This document shows, in pieces, positions 60,158 to 64,000 of a stretch of DNA of 64,000 bases. A model generated the notes under the pieces. The model had not been told where the DNA came from and made no database searches. It was given only the letters and a program-made list of their open reading frames with translations. Position 1 is the stretch's first letter. Each line of letters starts with the position of its first letter. Both the position numbers and the translations under genes were made by a program. Origin of the DNA: Terriglobia bacterium (GTDB taxonomy: Bacteria > Acidobacteriota > Terriglobia > JAJPHL01); contig CAVVEL010000022.1 in assembly GCA_963747095.1 (NCBI GenBank), positions 251,005 to 315,004 on the forward strand, given 5' to 3'.

Positions 60158-62741
60158 GCGCATCGCGATCAACGGATCCACGCGCACCGCGCGCATCGCC
60201 GGCAACATGCACCCGGCCACCGTCATCACCGCCGCTAACACCGCTGCACTGAGGAACGTCGCGAGATCTCCCGGCTGAACTCCCGCCAGTAACGCCTGCA
60301 TGGAACGTCCCGCGGCGTATGCCAACGCCGCGCCGGGCAGGACACCGGCCGCGGCCAGCAGCACGCCCTGACGCAGAATCATCGCCAGTATGTCCGCGCC
60401 CCGCGCACCCAAAGCGATTCGCACGCCGATCTCCGGCGTGCGCTGCGACACGGCAAACGACAGTACTCCATGAATCCCCACGCCGGCCAGCAGAAACGCG
60501 ATGGCCGCGAAAGCCGCGATCACCCGAACTTGCAGCGTGCGCGAGGCCGTCTGCGAATCAACGATGTCGGACATCGTCCTTACGTCGGAAATAGGCTGCT
60601 GCGGATCGGCGCGGCGCACGATTTCGCGGACCAGCGGCATCAGTGCGCCCGGCTCCAATGCCGAACGGATCACCAGGTCCTTGGGCGAGTAGAAGATATA
60701 CCAACCATCCTCGACTTGGCGGTAAGGCAGATAGACTTGCGGCTCGCTCTCGCGCTCCAGGCCGCGTACGCGAACGTTGCCAACCACGCCTACGACGAGG
60801 CGGTCTTTGGGGCTGCCGGCGCCGAAGCTGAAATGCCGGCCGATGGGGTCCTGGCCGGGCCAGTATTTTTCCACGAACGACTCGCTCACCACGGCCACCA
60901 AGGGACGCTGCAAGGTGTCCGATTCTTCCAAGTCCCGGCCGCGTTTCAGAGGAATTCCCATGGCGTTAAAAAGCTGCGGCGTGATGAAGCGCGAACTGGC
61001 CACGTGGTTTTCCCGCCGGTCGAGGGTCACGGCGTCAATGGAAACCGGCCAGATGCCGCCGCCCATCACCATGGGCAGGAAACTGCTATAACCGGCGCTG
61101 GAGACGCCGGGAATGCGGCGCACGTCATCCAGCACATTACGATAGAACTGCACGCGCCGTGCGGTAGCCTGATATTTCGGCCACGGCAGGGACGTGCGCA
61201 GCGTCAACAAACCGCCAGTGCGGAATCCGGGGTCGGTGCTCTGGACGCGCCACAGCGCCCGCAGCAACAAGCCGGTGGAAACCAGCAGCACCACCGACAT
61301 CATCACCTCGGCGACGACCAACGCCGAACGCAGGCGGGCTTTTTGTCCGCCGCCGGAGCGCGAACCCTCGCGCAGGCCGCTCAAGTCGCCGCGGCCGCTG
61401 ACGCGCAGCGCGGGAATCAGGCCGAAGATCGCCCCGGTGATCAGCGTAATCAACGCGGCGAATCCCAGCACGCGGAAATCCACGGGCGGAATTTCGGCGA
61501 TCGGTAAGTTGGTGGGCGTCAACCGCGCCAGCAACGGCACGGCGGCGATCGCCACGCCCACGCCCAGCACGCCGCCGAGCACGGCCAGCACCAGGCTTTC
61601 GGTGATCATCTGGCGCACCAGGCGTTCGCGCCCCGCGCCCAAGGCCATGCGCACGGAAAGCTCCTTGCGCCGCGCCAGAGCGCGCGCCAGCAGCAGGTTG
61701 GCCAGATTCGTGCAGGCGATCAGCAACACGCAGAACGCCGCGCCGCCTAGCGTGCCCAGCAACAAGCGCGTTTGTAAAGATACATCGTCGCGCATCAGAT
61801 AAACGTTGGCGCGGGTGTCCTTGTCTTCCTTGGGATACTGGCGCTCCAGTTGGCCGAAGATGACATTCGCTTCGGCGAACGCTGTCTTCAGAGAAACGCC
61901 GGGCTTCAATTTGGCAACGCAGCGCAGGAAGTTGTTGTTGCGATCCTGGTAAGCGTCGTCCGGCATCGGCAACGCAACCCAGAGGGAGATCTCGCGGTTG
62001 GGAAAATTGAAGCCGCGCGGGAGCACTCCGATCACCGTATAAGGCGCGTCGTTCAGCACCAGCTTTCGTCCCAGGATGTTGGGATCGCCGCCGAACAGCG
62101 ACTGCCACAAGGGATAGCCGAGCAACACGTTGGCCGGCGCTCCCCAGCGATCGTCTTCGGCGGTGAACAGCCGTCCCAGCACCGGCTGCACGCCCAGCAT
62201 GGGCAGCACCTCCGAGCTGACCTCGCCCGCCTGGATGCGCGAGGGATCGCCGTAGCCAATCAGGTTCATCGTCGATGCATCGAACATGCCCATGGACTCG
62301 AACGAAGTGGCGGCGCTCTTGAGGTCGCGGTAATTGGCCGGCGACAATTCCATCTGCGTGTAGCCGGGATCGGCCTGCCAGATCCGCACCAGGCGGTCGG
62401 GATCGGCGTAGGGCAGCGAGCGCAGGAAAACATGATCCGTGACGGAGAATACCGCGGTATTCGCTCCGACGCCCAGCGCCACCACCAGAATCGCGGTGAT
62501 CGTAAGACCCGGCGAGCGCAGCAGCGTGCGCGCGGTGTAGCGGAGATCCTGGCGGAGAATGTCCCCGTGCGCGGCGATGGCGTTGAACAGGACTTCCAGA
62601 ATGGTGTCGGCCCAGAGCGCCGCCAGTGCCAGGCCCGACGCTTGGCGGCGCCGGCGGTCGAAGATGCCGCACATCTCCGCGCCATACTCGGCGCGGAACG
62701 ATGCGGGATAGAGATGCAGCAGGGGCTCGGTAAAGTTTCAT
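60149..62741 (-). CDS. ADOP-type duplicated FtsX/MacB-like permease (second copy); probable 1-nt insertion just after the start codon
   Basis: ORF 60149..62674 (..DLRYTARTLLRSPGLTITAILVVALGVGANTAVFSV..) extends upstream in frame as NFTEPLLHLYPASFRAEYGAEMCGIF back to a TGA. An ATG at 62739-62741 overlapping the PadR stop (ATGA) is 1 nt out of frame (ATG AAA CTT..). Confidence 0.75.
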
Positions 62742-63103
62742 TGGGCCCTCCCGGCTACGAATCCGCTGGCTCGCGCCATCTTTACGAGTTGCGCCAGACG
62801 GCGGGTCTCGGCGCGCGCCACAGACTCGCCATATGGCGTGATCCGATAGTAGCGCCGCCGCTCGTCGTCATCCTTGGGCGCGGGACGCCGGTTCGTCTCC
62901 ACGAGCAATCCCTGTTCCAGCATTCGTTGGATGGAGCGATACAAGGTGCCGGCGCTCAGCTTGATCTGGCCGGCGGTGCGCGCGGCGACATCTTGGATGA
63001 TGGCGTAACCGTGGCGGTCCTCGTAGGCCAGGGCCATGAGGATTTGGAAGGTCGCCGGCGGCAACGGGATCAGCGATTCGGGTATGGGTCGTTGATCTTT
63101 CAT
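62738..63103 (-). CDS. PadR-family transcriptional regulator
   Basis: ATG 63103. MKDQRPIPESLIPLPPATFQILMALAYEDRHGYAIIQDVAARTAGQIKLSAGTLYRSIQRMLEQGLL..RRRYYRITPYG. Confidence 0.85.
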   Translation of the reverse strand: MKDQRPIPESLIPLPPATFQILMALAYEDRHGYAIIQDVAARTAGQIKLSAGTLYRSIQRMLEQGLLVETNRRPAPKDDDERRRYYRITPYGESVARAETRRLAQLVKMARASGFVAGRAQ

Positions 63104-63426
63104 GCTGGACTCATCCTTAAGTATGCAACGTGATCGTATGGGGTCAGCAGGACCAGGAGCAGGGAGCGGATCCTGATGGTGATTATATCCGGTCTGGCTA
63201 TAGTTATAGCGGTCATAATCGATCAGACGCAAGGCGGACGGAACGGTTAGCAAGCAACTTGAAACAATCATTCCCGTGCCGAGCCGCCGGGCGGTCCTTT
63301 CGAGACACCGCCTGAGTCGCTATCCCCGCCGGCTCGGGGTGCGTTGCTGCGGAAGACAGAAACCCCAAGGGTGGCCCGCCACTCCCAACCACTCCCATCA
63401 AACACACACGGACCGCTTCAGGCTCG

Positions 63427-64000
63427 ATGTACAATCAGCACGTTGTGGGCGACCTTCGAAACGAAATCAGCGGACTCTCACCGGCTAAACGTGCGCTCCT
63501 GGAGCGCCGGCCGGGACAGCAGAAATCGGCGTTGCCGGATTCTGCCATCCGGCCAGGGCAACCTGGTGATCCGTCGCCGCTCTCCTTCCCGCAAGAAGGG
63601 CCGTGGCTCCTTGATTCCTGCTTGCACCAGCTCTTCGAAGCCCAAGTTGCGAGGACCCCCGACGCGGAAGCCCTGGTGTTCGAAGACCAACGCCTGACTT
63701 ACCGCGAATTGAATGCGCGGGCCAACCAACTGGCCCATTATCTCCAGGCGCGCGGCGTGGGTCCGGAAGTTTTGGTGGGAGTCTGTGCCGAGCGATCGGT
63801 GGAAATGGCCGTGGCCATCTACGGGATTCTGAAGGCTGGGGGTGCGTATGTGCCGCTTGATCCCGAATATCCGAAACAGCGCCTGCAATCGATGTTGGAC
63901 GATGCCCAGCCTCCCATCGTGCTGACCCAACAGCGCTTGCGGGATGTCTTGCCGGAGTCCGCCGCCATAGTGTTTTGTCTGGACACGGAGCGGGCGCTGG
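63427..64000 (+). CDS. NRPS-like protein, N-terminal leader plus start of an adenylation (AMP-binding) domain; runs off the window end
   Basis: From ATG 63427 (or GTG 63445) it reads MYNQHVVGDLRNEISGLSPAKRALLERR..DPSPLSFPQEGPWLLDSCLHQLFEAQVARTPDAEALVFEDQRLTYRELNARANQLAHYLQARGVGPEVLVGVCAERSVEMAVAIYGILKAGGAYVPLDPEYP... There is no stop before 64000. Confidence 0.8.
   Translation, partial: MYNQHVVGDLRNEISGLSPAKRALLERRPGQQKSALPDSAIRPGQPGDPSPLSFPQEGPWLLDSCLHQLFEAQVARTPDAEALVFEDQRLTYRELNARANQLAHYLQARGVGPEVLVGVCAERSVEMAVAIYGILKAGGAYVPLDPEYPKQRLQSMLDDAQPPIVLTQQRLRDVLPESAAIVFCLDTERAL

Noticed and set aside
60045-60278. 77-aa ORF with LRKRYSA x3
   Set aside because: It is simply the plus-strand translation of the 21-nt x3 tandem repeat and the 3' end of the ADOP gene.
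61850-63133. 427-aa plus-strand ORF and the 534-aa minus-strand ORF 61137..62741 overlapping ADOP-2
   Set aside because: Only the 60149..62674 frame shows FtsX/MacB-like TM and periplasmic-domain sequence. The 61137..62741 frame is used only for the first few codons from the ATG before the apparent 1-nt insertion.
1-64000. tRNA, rRNA, tmRNA, RNase P or riboswitch genes
   Set aside because: I looked for T-loop-like GGTTCGAATCC-type motifs and other conserved cores in the intergenic regions and found none. Absence by eye is not proof, and a covariance-model scan is needed.

Overview
GC-rich bacterial chromosome segment. The gene content points to Acidobacteriota, Solibacter/Bryobacter-like: two PadR + ADOP-type duplicated FtsX permease pairs, a CadC-like winged-helix/TolB-propeller regulator, and giant secreted NHL- and YVTN-repeat proteins, one ending in what I recall as the Solibacter-type C-terminal domain. 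This assignment is inference from family content only.

Layout:
- Housekeeping genes: argD, purM-purN, gltB-gltD with a divergent LysR regulator, lpxC, thiolase.
- Secreted enzymes: a GH78 rhamnosidase and two amidohydrolases.
- Two IS elements: an IS630 with inverted repeats and a TA duplication, and an IS110 inserted into a REP-like palindrome.
- Toxin-antitoxin modules: HTH + PIN, and ParD-like + a disrupted VapC.
- A patchy accessory stretch at about 39-45 kb.
- The first ~190 codons of an NRPS-like gene at the right edge.

I found no rRNA, tRNA or CRISPR array, and no complete defence system of a known type.

The most unusual signals are structural:
1. A perfect 16-bp tandem duplication deletes the stop of a lipid-kinase gene and fuses it in frame to a 1504-aa NHL surface protein.
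2. Other short perfect tandem duplications (5, 9, 12, 19 and 3x21 nt) occur, one of which frameshifts an ADOP permease.
3. Single-base indels split gltD (twice), lpxC, the CadC/TolB regulator, an alcohol dehydrogenase and probably the second ADOP permease. This pattern looks more like assembly error than biology.
4. At least four families of intergenic palindromic repeats occur. Two supply stop codons to upstream ORFs and one is the IS110 target.
5. A 2434-aa YVTN-propeller protein carries cohesin-like plus dockerin-like modules, next to a divergent membrane regulator.
6. An uncharacterised overlapping two-gene cassette has a degenerate nucleotidyltransferase-fold protein.

All family assignments come from motif recognition by eye. 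No searches were run.
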